A DNA stretch of 64,000 nt. It comes from Acidobacteriota bacterium (GTDB lineage Bacteria; Acidobacteriota; Vicinamibacteria; Vicinamibacterales; SCN-69-37). The position numbers were made by a program, and so were the translations under genes. The stretch covers positions 362,166 through 426,165 of the forward strand of contig JADYYY010000011.1 of NCBI GenBank assembly GCA_020853395.1. The letters run 5' to 3'. This document shows positions 9,393-20,056 of this stretch, one piece after another. Positions within the stretch are counted from its first letter, which is position 1, and each line of letters starts with the position of its first letter. The notes beneath the pieces are model-generated. The model searched no databases and had not been told where the DNA came from. It saw nothing but the letters and a program-made list of their open reading frames with translations.

Positions 9393-11981
9393 TCATTCTG
9401 CACCGTGCGGCTCGACGGCGAGCGGAGGCTCGTCGCCGCGGCGTCTGATGCGATAGCCTCCGGCGACGATCGACGAGACATCCGCGAGCGCCCGTGGCAG
9501 ACGTATCCCGCCTGGATAAACGAAGTAACGCGGCTCCCACTGCGGGTGGAACTTCTCCTTGAACTCGCGCAGGCCCTGGAAGTTGTAGAGCCGGCCGCCG
9601 TGCCGGTAGACGGCGCCGCCGAGCCGCGTCCACAGCGGCGTCACGGGGGACGGCGCGAAGCCGGGCATCGGGGCCATGCCGAGGCCAAGCCACCGGTAGT
9701 TGCTGGCTTGGGCCCAACGCAGCAGGTGCACGACGAGCGCCTCCATGACGTTCTTCGGCGCATCGGGCCGGCGGCGCATCAGATCGATCGCGAGCTCCAC
9801 GCCGTCCGCTCCGGGCCAGAGGTTGGCGAACGCCTCGATCCGGCCTCGCCGTTCGACGATCGCGATCGGAAACCGCGCGAGATACGCCGGATCGAACGCC
9901 CCGAGCGAAAACCCCTTCTCCGCGGCGTGCTTCGCGCCGAGCCAGGCGTCGGAGACTTCGCGAAGTTGGGACATCAGCGCCGCCACCTCGCCGGGCGGCG
10001 CCACACGGAACGTCCCGCCCTCTCTCGCAAGGCGCGAGATCGCCAGCCGATGACCGCGCGCCCGGCCGCCCTGCATCGTGAACGCCGCGAGGTCGACGCG
10101 CGCCTCGTGGCCGAGAGGGACGGACGTCAGCCCGAAGTCGGCGTAACGATGGAGGTACCTCGGGCCGACGTCGTAGAACACCGGCGTGCAGCCGTAGTCG
10201 TCACAGCGCTCGAGGAACTCGCGGATCAGCGCGCTCGCGGCCGCGGGCGGTCCAATCGGATCGCCCATCGCCGCCCAGGTGCGTGCGTGGGCGCCGTACA
10301 TCAGGAAGCCGGTGCGCGCGCGGTTGAAGATGACGCCCTTGTCGCCGAGGTACACGAGATACGCATGCGTGGCGGTGTCCGCGGCGATGATCCGCGCCGC
10401 GTCCTCCAGATCCGACGGCGCCGGACGCGCGATCTCGTGCGGCACCGTTGCGGCCAGGCGCAGCGCCGCGAAGACCAGCACGGCGATCCCGGCGCCGACC
10501 GACGCCCGCAGCGCGCGCGATGCGTCCGCCGGCCACGCGAACTGCCACCACAGCGCGTGCGAATACTCGACGTGCTTGAACGCGAACAGCCCGAGCCAGA
10601 CCGAGGCGATGAAGGCCGCGGCCACCGCCGCGATCCAGCCGGCGGAGAAGCGCGTCGCGAAGAGCGCGGCACGCCGGCCGAAGTCCGCGCGCGACCTCAC
10701 GAGCAGCGCGAGCAACACCCCGAGGACGATCGCGTCCTCGACGTCGACCCCCTTGAGCATCGATACGACGATGCCGATCGCCAGGCTCGCGATCGTGAGG
10801 CGGTAGGCCGCGTGGAGCCGACGGGCAATCGGCTGCGACAGCAGGATCAGCACCATGCCGGTGACGCCGCCGAGAAAGTGCGACGTCTCGACGACGCCGA
10901 GCGGCAGCAGCCGGGTGAGCAGCGCAAGCCGCGCCGCCTCGGAGGGCGTGGCGCCGGAGAACAGCAGCACGGCGCCGGCGAGGAAGACGAACGTCGCGAG
11001 CAGCTTCGGCGTGAGCCAGGCTTCGAGCCGTCCGAAGAGTGCGCGCGCCCGCGGCAGCGACGACCGGCGCTGCCGCACTTCGTCGGCGACCAGGCCGACG
11101 AGCGCGACGCCGAGCGGCAGCAGGTAGTAGACGAACCGGTACACGACGAGTGCGGGCAGGAGCCGATCGGACGGCACGTACGGCCCGAGCAGCACCACCA
11201 TCAGGCCGTCGAACACGCCAAGGCCGCCCGGCACGTGGCTGGCGAGCCCGATCAACTGCGCGCTCACGAACGCGGACGTCGTCACCACGAACGGCACCGA
11301 GCCGGCGGGCAGCAGGACGTGCAGCACGCTGGCGGCGAGCGTCCAATCGATCACCGAGGCGGCGAGCTGGCCGATCGCGATCGGCAGCCGAGGCAGCGGC
11401 ACCCGGAACTGCCCGACGGCGATCGGTGCCTCGCGGGCCGCGGCCGCACCGACGTACGCGATCGGGACGAGGAGCAGCAGCCATCCGGCCGGCTCGGCGA
11501 GCGTGCGCACGGCGTGCGGCAGATCGTCGGGCCAGGGGCGCGTGACGAGGCTGAGCCCGCCGAGAAAGAGCAGGCCCAGCCAGAAGGTGGCCGAGTACGC
11601 GAGGACGATGCGCGACAGCTCCTCGCCCGTGATGCCCCAGCGCGTGTAGAAGCGATAGCGCACGGAGGCGCCCGAGAGCACCGCGAAGCCGACGTTGTTG
11701 GCGATCGCGTAGGCGACGAACGATGCGAGCGCCACCTTCCAGCGGGTCAGCCGCCGGCCGACGTACGCCAGCGCGAGGAAGTCGTAGCTCGTCAGCACCG
11801 CGTAGTTCGACGCGGTGAAGAGCAGCGACAGCAGCACGGCCGACCGCGGCATGCTGCGCAGGTCCGCGTGGAGCGACGTCCATGTTGCGGTGTGGAGCTG
11901 GCGGCGAAGGACCTCGAGCGCGAGCACGAACAGCAGGAGCCCTGCGAGGGCTCCCAGCGTGCGCCGCGACGCTTCCTGCAT
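9393..11981 (-). CDS. mprF: bifunctional lysyl-phosphatidylglycerol flippase/synthetase MprF
   Basis: The protein is 862 aa. The N-terminal half is polytopic membrane sequence (LTSYDFLALAYVGRRL, VRYRFYTRWG). The C-terminal half is a soluble synthase domain (DLMRRRPDAPKNVMEAL, LYNFQGLREFKEKFHPQWEPRY), which is diagnostic of MprF. Confidence 0.9.
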   Translation of the reverse strand: MQEASRRTLGALAGLLLFVLALEVLRRQLHTATWTSLHADLRSMPRSAVLLSLLFTASNYAVLTSYDFLALAYVGRRLTRWKVALASFVAYAIANNVGFAVLSGASVRYRFYTRWGITGEELSRIVLAYSATFWLGLLFLGGLSLVTRPWPDDLPHAVRTLAEPAGWLLLLVPIAYVGAAAAREAPIAVGQFRVPLPRLPIAIGQLAASVIDWTLAASVLHVLLPAGSVPFVVTTSAFVSAQLIGLASHVPGGLGVFDGLMVVLLGPYVPSDRLLPALVVYRFVYYLLPLGVALVGLVADEVRQRRSSLPRARALFGRLEAWLTPKLLATFVFLAGAVLLFSGATPSEAARLALLTRLLPLGVVETSHFLGGVTGMVLILLSQPIARRLHAAYRLTIASLAIGIVVSMLKGVDVEDAIVLGVLLALLVRSRADFGRRAALFATRFSAGWIAAVAAAFIASVWLGLFAFKHVEYSHALWWQFAWPADASRALRASVGAGIAVLVFAALRLAATVPHEIARPAPSDLEDAARIIAADTATHAYLVYLGDKGVIFNRARTGFLMYGAHARTWAAMGDPIGPPAAASALIREFLERCDDYGCTPVFYDVGPRYLHRYADFGLTSVPLGHEARVDLAAFTMQGGRARGHRLAISRLAREGGTFRVAPPGEVAALMSQLREVSDAWLGAKHAAEKGFSLGAFDPAYLARFPIAIVERRGRIEAFANLWPGADGVELAIDLMRRRPDAPKNVMEALVVHLLRWAQASNYRWLGLGMAPMPGFAPSPVTPLWTRLGGAVYRHGGRLYNFQGLREFKEKFHPQWEPRYFVYPGGIRLPRALADVSSIVAGGYRIRRRGDEPPLAVEPHGAE

Positions 11982-12011
11982 GCCGTCGATCCGCTCTCCG
12001 GCGCTCCGCGG

Positions 12012-14450
12012 CTACGGCGACCCTTCCTGCGACCCGCGCCACGCGACGCTCGTGGACTCACCCTGCGGCGCCCGTCCGCCGCCCGGAGCGGCGGTCGACG
12101 GCGACCACCGCCAGTCGCGGATCTCGGGCATGTCTTCGCCGTGCGCGCGAATGTAGTCGTGGTGCGCCTCGCGCTTCGCGCGCATCGCGCCGCGCACGCG
12201 GGCCGCGTCGGCCGCGGGCATCGGCACGCGATCGCAGACGTCCATCACGAGGTGGAAACGGTCGAGATCGTTCAGCACCGTCATGTCGAACGGCGTCGTG
12301 ATGGTGCCTTCCTCCTTGTAGCCGCGCACGTGCAGGTTCTGGTGGTTGGTGCGCCGGTACGCGAGCCGATGAACGAGCCACGGATAGCCGTGATACGCGA
12401 AGACGATCGGCCGGTCGGTCGTGAACAACGCGTCGAACTCGGCGTCGCTCAGCCCGTGGGGATGTTCGCGCGGCGGCTGCAGCCGCATGAGGTCGACGAC
12501 GTTCACGACGCGCACCTTGAGGCCTGGAAGCCACTCGCGCAAGAGTTGTGCGGCCGCGAGCGTTTCGAGCGTCGGCACGTCGCCGGCGCACGCCAGCACG
12601 ACGTCGGGGGCCTGCTCGCCGTCGTTCCCGGCCCAGTGCCAGGCGCCGATCCCCGCCGCGCAGTGCGCTTCGGCCTCGGCCATGGTCAGCCACTGCGGCG
12701 CGGGATGCTTGCCGGCGACGACGACGTTCACGTAGTGGCGGCTGCGGAGGCAGTGATCCATCACCGAGAGCAGGCAGTTCGCGTCGGGCGGCAGGTACAC
12801 CCGGATGATCTCGGCCTTCTTGTTCACGACGAGATCGATGAAGCCGGGATCCTGATGGGTGAAGCCGTTGTGATCCTGCCGCCACACGTGCGACGACAGC
12901 AGGATGTTGAGCGAGGCGATCGGCGCGCGCCACGGCAGCTCGCGGGTGACCTGCAGCCACTTCGCGTGCTGGTTGAACATCGAGTCGACGATGTGGATGA
13001 ACGCCTCGTACGAGTTGAACAGGCCGTGGCGGCCCGTCAGCAGGTAGCCTTCCAGCCAGCCCTGGCACTGGTGCTCGCTCAGCACCTCCATCACGCGCCC
13101 TTCATCGTCGAGGTGATCGTCGCCCGGCACGCGCGCGGCCATCCACTGGCGGTCCGTCACCTCGAACACGCGTCCGAGCTTGTTGGACGCGGTCTCGTCG
13201 GGACCGAAGATCCTGAAGTTGCGCGCGCCGGCGTTGGCGGCGACGACGTCGCGGAGCCACCCGCCGAGCGTCTCCGTGTCGGACGCCGTCGCCGCTCCGG
13301 GAGCTGGCAGGCTCACGCCGTAGCGCCGGTAGTCGGGCAGCGCGAGATCGCGGAGCAACAGGCCGCCGTTCGCGTGAGGGTTCGCACCCATGCGTCGCGT
13401 GCCGGCCGGCGCGAGCGCCTGCAGATCGGGAAAGAGCCGGCCGCCGGCGTCGAACAGCTCTTCCGGCCGATAGCTCCGCATCCACGTGTCGAGCACGGCG
13501 AGGTGCTCGGGATGATCGGCCGGCTGCGCGACCGGCACCTGGTGCGATCGCCAGGTCCCTTCGACCTGGAGCCCGTCGACGAAGCGCGGGCCGGTCCAGC
13601 CCTTCGGCGAGATCAGCACGATCATCGGCCAGCGTGGCCGGCTGCGATCGCCCTCGACGCGCGCCCGGTGCCGGATGCGCGCGATCTCGTCCATCACGCG
13701 GTCGAGCGCCGCCGCCATCGCCTCGTGCATCGGCTCGGGGTCCTCGCCTTCGACGACGTAGGGAACGTAGCCGTAGCCGCGGAACAGCGCGTCGAGCTCC
13801 TCACGCGTGATGCGCGCGAAGATCGTCGGGTTGGCAATCTTGTAGCCGTTGAGATGGAGAATCGGCAGCACGGCTCCGTCGCGCGCCGGGTTCAGGAACT
13901 TGTTGCCGTGCCACGCGGTGGCGAGCGGGCCCGTCTCGGCTTCGCCGTCGCCGACGACGCAGGCGGCGATGAGGCTCGGGTTGTCGAACACGGCGCCGAA
14001 CGCGTGGCTCAGCGAGTAGCCCAGCTCGCCGCCTTCGTGGATCGACCCGGGCGTCTCGGGCGCCGCGTGGCTCGGAATGCCGCCGGGAAACGAGAACTGC
14101 CTGAAGAGCGTCTTCAGGCCCGCGTCGTCGCGTGAGACGGCCGGATAGATCTCGCTGTAGGTCCCCTCGAGATACGTGTTCGCGACCACCGCCGGCCCGC
14201 CATGCCCTGGTCCGGAGAGGTAGATCATGTCCAGGTCGCGCTCGCGGATGACGCGGTTCAGGTGCACGTACACGAAGTTCTGCCCCGGCGTCGTGCCCCA
14301 GTGGCCGAGCAGGCGCGGCTTCACGTGCTCGAGCCGGAGCGGCTCTTTCAGGAGCGGGTTGTCGCGGAGGTAGATCTGCCCGACGGAGAGGTAGTTCGCC
14401 GCGCGCCAGTAGCGATCGAGGCGCGCGCGTTCGTCAGCCGACAGGGTCAT
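12012..14450 (-). CDS. xfp: phosphoketolase (xylulose-5-P/fructose-6-P phosphoketolase)
   Basis: [34 protein letters not shown]...[11 protein letters not shown]...GPGHGGPA...[15 protein letters not shown] are canonical Xfp signatures. The protein is 812 aa. Confidence 0.95.
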   Translation of the reverse strand: MTLSADERARLDRYWRAANYLSVGQIYLRDNPLLKEPLRLEHVKPRLLGHWGTTPGQNFVYVHLNRVIRERDLDMIYLSGPGHGGPAVVANTYLEGTYSEIYPAVSRDDAGLKTLFRQFSFPGGIPSHAAPETPGSIHEGGELGYSLSHAFGAVFDNPSLIAACVVGDGEAETGPLATAWHGNKFLNPARDGAVLPILHLNGYKIANPTIFARITREELDALFRGYGYVPYVVEGEDPEPMHEAMAAALDRVMDEIARIRHRARVEGDRSRPRWPMIVLISPKGWTGPRFVDGLQVEGTWRSHQVPVAQPADHPEHLAVLDTWMRSYRPEELFDAGGRLFPDLQALAPAGTRRMGANPHANGGLLLRDLALPDYRRYGVSLPAPGAATASDTETLGGWLRDVVAANAGARNFRIFGPDETASNKLGRVFEVTDRQWMAARVPGDDHLDDEGRVMEVLSEHQCQGWLEGYLLTGRHGLFNSYEAFIHIVDSMFNQHAKWLQVTRELPWRAPIASLNILLSSHVWRQDHNGFTHQDPGFIDLVVNKKAEIIRVYLPPDANCLLSVMDHCLRSRHYVNVVVAGKHPAPQWLTMAEAEAHCAAGIGAWHWAGNDGEQAPDVVLACAGDVPTLETLAAAQLLREWLPGLKVRVVNVVDLMRLQPPREHPHGLSDAEFDALFTTDRPIVFAYHGYPWLVHRLAYRRTNHQNLHVRGYKEEGTITTPFDMTVLNDLDRFHLVMDVCDRVPMPAADAARVRGAMRAKREAHHDYIRAHGEDMPEIRDWRWSPSTAAPGGGRAPQGESTSVAWRGSQEGSP

Positions 14451-15613
14451 GCCCGTTCCTCCAGCACGCGGCAGGTCTGCCGCGCGACGACCAGGTTCTC
14501 GTTCGTACGCACGACGCGGACGTCAGGCCGCCCGCCGGGCGGGCTGATGAGATCCGCCGACGCGGCATTCGCCCGCGCGTCGAGACGAACCCCGAGGTGC
14601 TCGAGACCCTCGCAGACTTCCCGGCGGACGTCGGCCGATCGTTCGCCGATGCCGGCCGTGAACACGAGCGTGTCGAGCCCGCCGAGCGCAGCGGCGAACG
14701 CGCCGATCTGCTTGCGTACGTGGTAGCAGAACATCGTGATGGCGAGCGCCGCCTCGGGGCGCGTCGCGCGCTCGTCGAGCAGCGTCTTCATGTCGCCGCC
14801 CAGACCCGACACGCCGGCCAGCCCCGACTCGCGGTTCACGAGCGCATCGAGCGCCGGCGCGTCGTAGCGGTGCACCGTCGCGAGATGCAGCAGCACGCCG
14901 GGATCGAGATCGCCCGAGCGCGTGCTCATCATGATCCCGCCCGTCGGCGTCAGGCCCATCGTCGTGTCGATCGACACGCCATCGGCGACCGCCGCAAGAC
15001 TCGCGCCGTGGCCCAGGTGAGCAATGACCGCGCGGCCGAGCCGCTCGGCGCCGATGGTGTCGACCACGTACTCATACGAAAGACCGTGGAACCCGTACCG
15101 GCGGATGCCGCGGTCCCACAGCGTGCGCGGGAGCGCCAGCCGCCGTGCCCGCTCGGGCATGCGGTGATGGAAGGCCGTGTCGAAACAGGCGACTTGCGGG
15201 AGGGCAGGGAAGAGCGCGCTGGCGGCCGCGATGCCCGAGATCTCGGCGGGAAGGTGCAGCGGCGCGAAGGGAACGAGCGTCTCGAGCGTGGCCACGAGCG
15301 CCCGACCGAGGCGCGCCGGCCCGGTGTACGTCGCGCCGCCGAACACGACGCGATGGCCGATCGCCGCCGGCGCCGGCAACCTGGCCTCCCGGAGGTCCCG
15401 CACGGCAGCTTCGACGGCGGCACGGTGATCCGCAACCGGCCGCGATCGGCGCACGAGCTCGTTGCCGCGGCCATCCTCGAGCCAGGTGGTCGTCCCGCTT
15501 CCGCCGAGATCCTCGGCGGCGCCGGCCGCGAGCAGGGTGTCCGTGCGCCCGGCGACGTCGAAGAGCGAGAATTTCAGCGACGAGGAACCGCAGTTCAGGG
15601 CGAGAACGACCAT
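14447..15613 (-). CDS. ackA: acetate kinase
   Basis: [18 protein letters not shown] and later [12 protein letters not shown] and VFTAGIGE are acetate kinase motifs. The stop overlaps the xfp start (ATGA at 14447-14450). Confidence 0.95.
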   Translation of the reverse strand: MVVLALNCGSSSLKFSLFDVAGRTDTLLAAGAAEDLGGSGTTTWLEDGRGNELVRRSRPVADHRAAVEAAVRDLREARLPAPAAIGHRVVFGGATYTGPARLGRALVATLETLVPFAPLHLPAEISGIAAASALFPALPQVACFDTAFHHRMPERARRLALPRTLWDRGIRRYGFHGLSYEYVVDTIGAERLGRAVIAHLGHGASLAAVADGVSIDTTMGLTPTGGIMMSTRSGDLDPGVLLHLATVHRYDAPALDALVNRESGLAGVSGLGGDMKTLLDERATRPEAALAITMFCYHVRKQIGAFAAALGGLDTLVFTAGIGERSADVRREVCEGLEHLGVRLDARANAASADLISPPGGRPDVRVVRTNENLVVARQTCRVLEERA

Positions 15614-15789
15614 GACGTGATCATCACGCTCTCGATCACTCTAAGCCACCGATCGTCCGCCGCGGCAAGATCGTTGCTTCAAGCGAGCTGGACGCGTCGG
15701 TCACGCCCAGCGAGATCGGTGCCCACACGACGGGTCATCTGATTCAGCCCGTCGCCGCCCGACAGGCCAGATGGGAGGGAGACCTCGCC

Positions 15790-17781
15790 ATGTTCCTCGA
15801 TCGCCGCGACGCCGGCGCCAAGCTGGCCACGTTCCTGCGCGAGTACGCGAACCGGTCCGATGTCCTCGTGCTCGGGCTGCCGCGCGGCGGCGTCGTCGTC
15901 GCCGCCGAGGTCGCACGCGCGCTGGGCGCACCGCTCGACGTGTTCCTCGTCCGCAAGCTCGGCGTGCCGGGCCAGCCCGAGCTGGCGATGGGCGCGATCG
16001 CCGAGGGCGGCGTTCGCGTGCTCGATCGGCAGTTGATCGATATGGCCGGCGTGCCGGACGCGCTCGTCGAGCAGGTCGCCGTGCGCGAGCGGCTGGAGCT
16101 CGAGCGCCGCGATCGGTTGTATCGCGGCGATCGGCGGCGCCCCGACCTCGCCGGCCGCACGCTCATCGTCGTCGACGACGGCCTGGCCACGGGCGCGACG
16201 ATGGAGGCAGCGGTGAAGGCGCTGCAGTCGTTCACGCCTGCCGCCATCGTCGTCGCCGTACCGGTCGGCGCACCCGAGACGTGCCGTCGCCTCTCCTCGC
16301 TGGTCACGGCCGTCGTCTGCGCGGAGATGCCGCGCGACCTTCGGGCGGTCGGCCTCTGGTATCGCGACTTCTCGCAGACGACCGACGACGAAGTGCGCGC
16401 GCTCGTCGGCGCGGCGCCTGCTGTTCCCGGACGGCCGGTGCGGCGTGCGTCGCCCGCAGATCTCCCCGCGTTCGTCCGCGAGTGCGGGCAGCCGCTGACA
16501 GGGGCGCCGGCCGAGTACGACGCGCTCGTCGCCGAGTTGGCGCGTGCGCGCGTCGTGCTGATCGGGGAAGCGACGCATGGCACGCACGAGTTCTACGAGC
16601 AGCGTGCGCTGCTGACGCGGCGGCTGATCGCCGAGCACCAGTTCGCGGCCGTCGCCGTCGAGGCGGACTGGCCCGACGCGTTCAGGGTGAACCGCTACGT
16701 GCGCGGCGATGGGGGCGACGCGAGCGCGGCCGCCGCGCTCGGCGACTTCGAGCGGTTTGCTGCCTGGATGTGGCGCAACGCCGACGTCGTCGCCTTCCTC
16801 GACTGGCTGCGACAGCGCAACGAGAGCCTGCCGCCGGCGCGCCGCGCAGGCTTCTACGGCCTCGATCTCTACAGCCTGCACGCCTCGATGCGCGCCGTGA
16901 TCGCGTTCCTCGAGCCAATCGACCCGGCGGCCGCGGCGCGGGCGCGTTCGCGCTACGCCTGCTTCGACCGGTTCGGCGACGCGATCGAAGCGTACGCGCA
17001 CGGCGCCGGGCTGGGCCTCGAGCCGTCGTGCGAGCGCGACGTGCTGTCGCAGCTCCTCGATCTGCGAGCGCGCGCGGCGGAGTACGCCCGCCTCGATGGC
17101 CGGCTCGGTCCGGACGATCTGTTCGCCGCCGAGCAGAACGCGCGCGTCGTGCGCAACGCCGAGGCGTACTACCGGACGATGATGGGCGGCCACGTCGAGT
17201 CCTGGAATCTGCGCGACCGTCACATGACCGAGACGTTGCTCGCCTTGATCCAGCACCTGTCGACGGGTGGTCACGCCTCGCGCGTGGTCGTGTGGGCGCA
17301 CAACTCGCACCTGGGCGACGCCCGCGCGACCGAGATGGGCGAGCGCGGCGAGCTGAACCTCGGCCAGCTCGTGCGAGAGCATTTCGGCCGCGACGCCGTA
17401 TCCGTGGGCTTCACGACCCACGCCGGCACCGTCACGGCCGCCGCGGACTGGGACGGACCAGCGCGTCGCCGCCGCGTGCGGCCGTCGCTCGCCGGCAGCG
17501 TCGAGCGCGTGTTCCACGACACGAACCGCGCTCGGTTCCTGCTGTCGTTCGCCGGCGACCCGGAGCTGGCCTCGGCGCTCGAGGTACGGAAGCTCGAACG
17601 CGCGATCGGCGTGCTGTATCGGCCGGAGACGGAGCGGCGCAGCCACTACTTCCACGCGCGCTTGTCCGCGCAGTTCGACCACGTCATCCACATCGACGAG
17701 ACGCACGCGCTCGAGCCGCTCGAGCGGACTGCACACTGGGAGGCGGGCGAGGCGGCCGAAACGTACCCGTCGGGACTGTAG
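15790..17781 (+). CDS. fusion protein: phosphoribosyltransferase domain + erythromycin esterase-family domain
   Basis: The N-terminal ~215 aa is PRTase-like (VLGLPRGGVVVAAEVA, LIVVDDGLATGATM). The C-terminal ~430 aa carries erythromycin-esterase family motifs (VVLIGEATHGTHEFY, YGLDLYS, VVWAHNSHLGDAR). Confidence 0.85.
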   Translation: MFLDRRDAGAKLATFLREYANRSDVLVLGLPRGGVVVAAEVARALGAPLDVFLVRKLGVPGQPELAMGAIAEGGVRVLDRQLIDMAGVPDALVEQVAVRERLELERRDRLYRGDRRRPDLAGRTLIVVDDGLATGATMEAAVKALQSFTPAAIVVAVPVGAPETCRRLSSLVTAVVCAEMPRDLRAVGLWYRDFSQTTDDEVRALVGAAPAVPGRPVRRASPADLPAFVRECGQPLTGAPAEYDALVAELARARVVLIGEATHGTHEFYEQRALLTRRLIAEHQFAAVAVEADWPDAFRVNRYVRGDGGDASAAAALGDFERFAAWMWRNADVVAFLDWLRQRNESLPPARRAGFYGLDLYSLHASMRAVIAFLEPIDPAAAARARSRYACFDRFGDAIEAYAHGAGLGLEPSCERDVLSQLLDLRARAAEYARLDGRLGPDDLFAAEQNARVVRNAEAYYRTMMGGHVESWNLRDRHMTETLLALIQHLSTGGHASRVVVWAHNSHLGDARATEMGERGELNLGQLVREHFGRDAVSVGFTTHAGTVTAAADWDGPARRRRVRPSLAGSVERVFHDTNRARFLLSFAGDPELASALEVRKLERAIGVLYRPETERRSHYFHARLSAQFDHVIHIDETHALEPLERTAHWEAGEAAETYPSGL

Positions 17782-17790
17782 AGATCGACC

Positions 17791-18453
17791 ATGACGAAGG
17801 CCATCAGGCTCGCCGCTGGCGAGGCGATCCTCGACGCCGATCTCGGCATGCCGCCCGGCCCGCCGGCCGGCATCGTCGTCTTCGCGCACGGGAGCGGCAG
17901 CAGCCGGCACAGCTCGCGCAACCGGTTCGTGGCGCGCCGGCTCGAGGACGCCGGCTTCGCCACGCTGCTCGCGGATCTGCTCACGGCCGGCGAGGAGCGG
18001 ATCGATCGCGTCACCGCCGAGTTCCGATTCGACATCGACCGGCTGGCCCGGCGCGTCGTCGCGATCAGCGACTGGCTGGCGGGCGAACACGAGTACGCCG
18101 CGCTGCCGGTGGGCTTGTTCGGCGCGAGCACGGGTGGCGGCGCGGCGCTGGTCGCGGCCGCGCGGCGGCCCGAGCGCATCGCGGCGGTCGTGTCCCGCGG
18201 CGGCAGGCCAGACCTCGCCGGCGCCGCGCTGGCCCACGTGCGCGCGCCCACGCTGCTCATCGTCGGTGGCGACGACGAGCCGGTCATCGAGATGAACAAG
18301 GACGCCAGGCGGCAGATGGCGGGCGTCGTGTCGCTCGTCATCGTGCCGGGTGCGACGCACCTCTTCGAGGAGCCGGGGACGCTCGAACGCGTCGCCGACG
18401 AGGCCGCGGCCTGGTTCAGGCGCTACCTGGGAGAGACGCGTCCGCCTCGGTGA
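17791..18453 (+). CDS. dienelactone hydrolase-like alpha/beta hydrolase
   Basis: IVVFAHGSGSSRHSSRN, the nucleophile elbow GLFGASTGGGAAL and a C-terminal His (GATHLFEEPG) support the call. The start is 9 nt after the preceding stop. Confidence 0.8.
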   Translation: MTKAIRLAAGEAILDADLGMPPGPPAGIVVFAHGSGSSRHSSRNRFVARRLEDAGFATLLADLLTAGEERIDRVTAEFRFDIDRLARRVVAISDWLAGEHEYAALPVGLFGASTGGGAALVAAARRPERIAAVVSRGGRPDLAGAALAHVRAPTLLIVGGDDEPVIEMNKDARRQMAGVVSLVIVPGATHLFEEPGTLERVADEAAAWFRRYLGETRPPR

Positions 18454-20056
18454 GGCGGAGCAGATCGCCGAGGACCGCGTCGGGCCGTGCGACCGCGGCT
18501 TCGATCAGCGCGAGATAGCGGGCCATGAACGCCGCGATCGCCGCCGGGCGGTACTTCTTGCCGTCGAAGCTCATCACCGCGATCACGCGAGGCTGCAGAT
18601 CCTGCGTCGAGATCGACAGACCCCAGCCATCGTCTGCGGTCGCCCGGCCTCGAACCAGCTCGATCGCCGTGTCCTTGAGCTCCAGCGCCCGCGGCAGGCT
18701 TCGCGAGTGCTCGTAGATGACCGAGATCGCCGGCGCCGGGCGTCCCCGAGCCTGCAGCGCTTCAGAGAGATCGTCGAACGGCATGTCCTGATGGGCCGAA
18801 GCGAGCCGGACGACGCCGTGCGTCGCCCGCAAGTGATCGAGGAACGCGGCGGACCGATCGACGCGGACGCGCAGCGGCAGCAGGTTGACGTAGCAGCCGA
18901 TGGCTCGCGACAGCGCCGATGATCCGCGCTCCGAGACGTAGGTGCCGACGATGGCGTCGGGCTCGCCGGTGGCGTCGGCCACGAGCGCCGCCAGCGCCGC
19001 CAGATGGATCGAGAACAGCGTCGTCTGCTCGCGCTGGGCGAGCGCGCGGAGCAGCGAGTCATCGGCGAGGATCCAGCGGAACGCGTCGATCGGCGGATCG
19101 GGCTCGACGAGATCGGGCCGCCGCTCGAACGGCAGCACCATGCGCGGCAGCGGCGGTTCGAGCAGCGCCGTCCACCAGTCGAGCAGCGCGCGGACACGCG
19201 GTCCGCCAGGACGAAGCTGCTCGCGCTGCAGCCGCGCGACGTCGCCGACCTGCACGGCCGGCGGCGGGAGCGCGGCGGCCCGCCCGTCGAGTGCCGCTGC
19301 GTAGCACTCGGCCAGCTCCTCGTAGAACACCCGGAAGGCGTACGCGTCGATGACGAGATGGTGCAGCGCGAGCACGATGCGCCAGTCGCGCTCGCCGACC
19401 CGGATCACGACAGCGCGCAGGAGCGGCCCGTTGTCGAGGCGCATCGGCCGCTGCTGTTCCTCGCGCATGAGGCGGTCGGCGTCTGCCGCCGGATCGGCCG
19501 CCGGACGCACGTCGTACGTCACGAGGTCGGGCCGGCCGGGCGCGTGAACGACCTGCGCCGGCTCGCCGGGCCGATCGAGGAACGTCGTTCGCAGGATCTC
19601 GTGGCGGGCGATGAGATCGCGGAGCGCGCGACCCAAGGCCGCGACGTCGAGATCGCCGGTCACGATCCAGCGGCGCACGATGACGTTGCGGTCGCCAATC
19701 GGGCCGTGCTCCGCGTGGCGCCAGAGGCGCGCCTGCTGGTAGGTCAGCGGCGCCTCGCGCTGCTCGCCCGTGGCGATGGCAGCCGGCGCGACATCGTCGC
19801 GGCCGCACGTCTCTTGGGCGATCGCGCGCGCCGCGTCCGTGATGGTCGGCGCGTCCCACAGGAGCATGGCCGGCAGCTCACGATTCAGCCACTCGGCCAG
19901 GTCGCCAGTGATCGTGAAGAGCGCCAGCGAGTCGAGCCCGAGCGAGAACAGCGGCTGCGTACGGTCGAGGGACGCGGGCTCGATGCTGAGCGCGGCGGCG
20001 ATGTGCCGCACGAGCCATGCCTCGATGACGTCGGTGGTCTTCAGTCCGTCGTCCAT
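18416..20056 (-). CDS. carrier protein (T/PCP) + condensation (C) didomain protein
   Basis: I trimmed track ORF 18416..20488 to the ATG at 20056 (MDDGLKTTD). The phosphopantetheine site is LFSLGLDSLALF. The C-domain core is LALHHLVIDAYAF (HHxxxD). No A, KS or TE domain is present. Confidence 0.85.
   Translation of the reverse strand: MDDGLKTTDVIEAWLVRHIAAALSIEPASLDRTQPLFSLGLDSLALFTITGDLAEWLNRELPAMLLWDAPTITDAARAIAQETCGRDDVAPAAIATGEQREAPLTYQQARLWRHAEHGPIGDRNVIVRRWIVTGDLDVAALGRALRDLIARHEILRTTFLDRPGEPAQVVHAPGRPDLVTYDVRPAADPAADADRLMREEQQRPMRLDNGPLLRAVVIRVGERDWRIVLALHHLVIDAYAFRVFYEELAECYAAALDGRAAALPPPAVQVGDVARLQREQLRPGGPRVRALLDWWTALLEPPLPRMVLPFERRPDLVEPDPPIDAFRWILADDSLLRALAQREQTTLFSIHLAALAALVADATGEPDAIVGTYVSERGSSALSRAIGCYVNLLPLRVRVDRSAAFLDHLRATHGVVRLASAHQDMPFDDLSEALQARGRPAPAISVIYEHSRSLPRALELKDTAIELVRGRATADDGWGLSISTQDLQPRVIAVMSFDGKKYRPAAIAAFMARYLALIEAAVARPDAVLGDLLRLTEADASLPGSA

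Noticed and set aside
9357-14135. A 1592-aa plus-strand ORF, the longest in the track
   Set aside because: It is antisense to mprF and the phosphoketolase gene. It is extremely Arg/Ala/Gly/Pro/Asp-rich, has almost no Lys, Asn, Ile, Phe or Tyr, and has no recognisable motifs. This is a classic shadow ORF of high-GC DNA, whereas the minus-strand genes have unambiguous family signatures.
12012-15613. The phosphoketolase-acetate kinase pair as a novelty
   Set aside because: This is a well-known two-gene pathway module with canonical sequence motifs. It is ordinary metabolism.
15679-18518. Long ORFs 15679..18360 (minus, 893 aa) and 15771..18518 (plus, 915 aa)
   Set aside because: Both are Arg-rich shadow frames that overlap the clearly real PRTase-esterase and DLH genes. 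They show no domain motifs.
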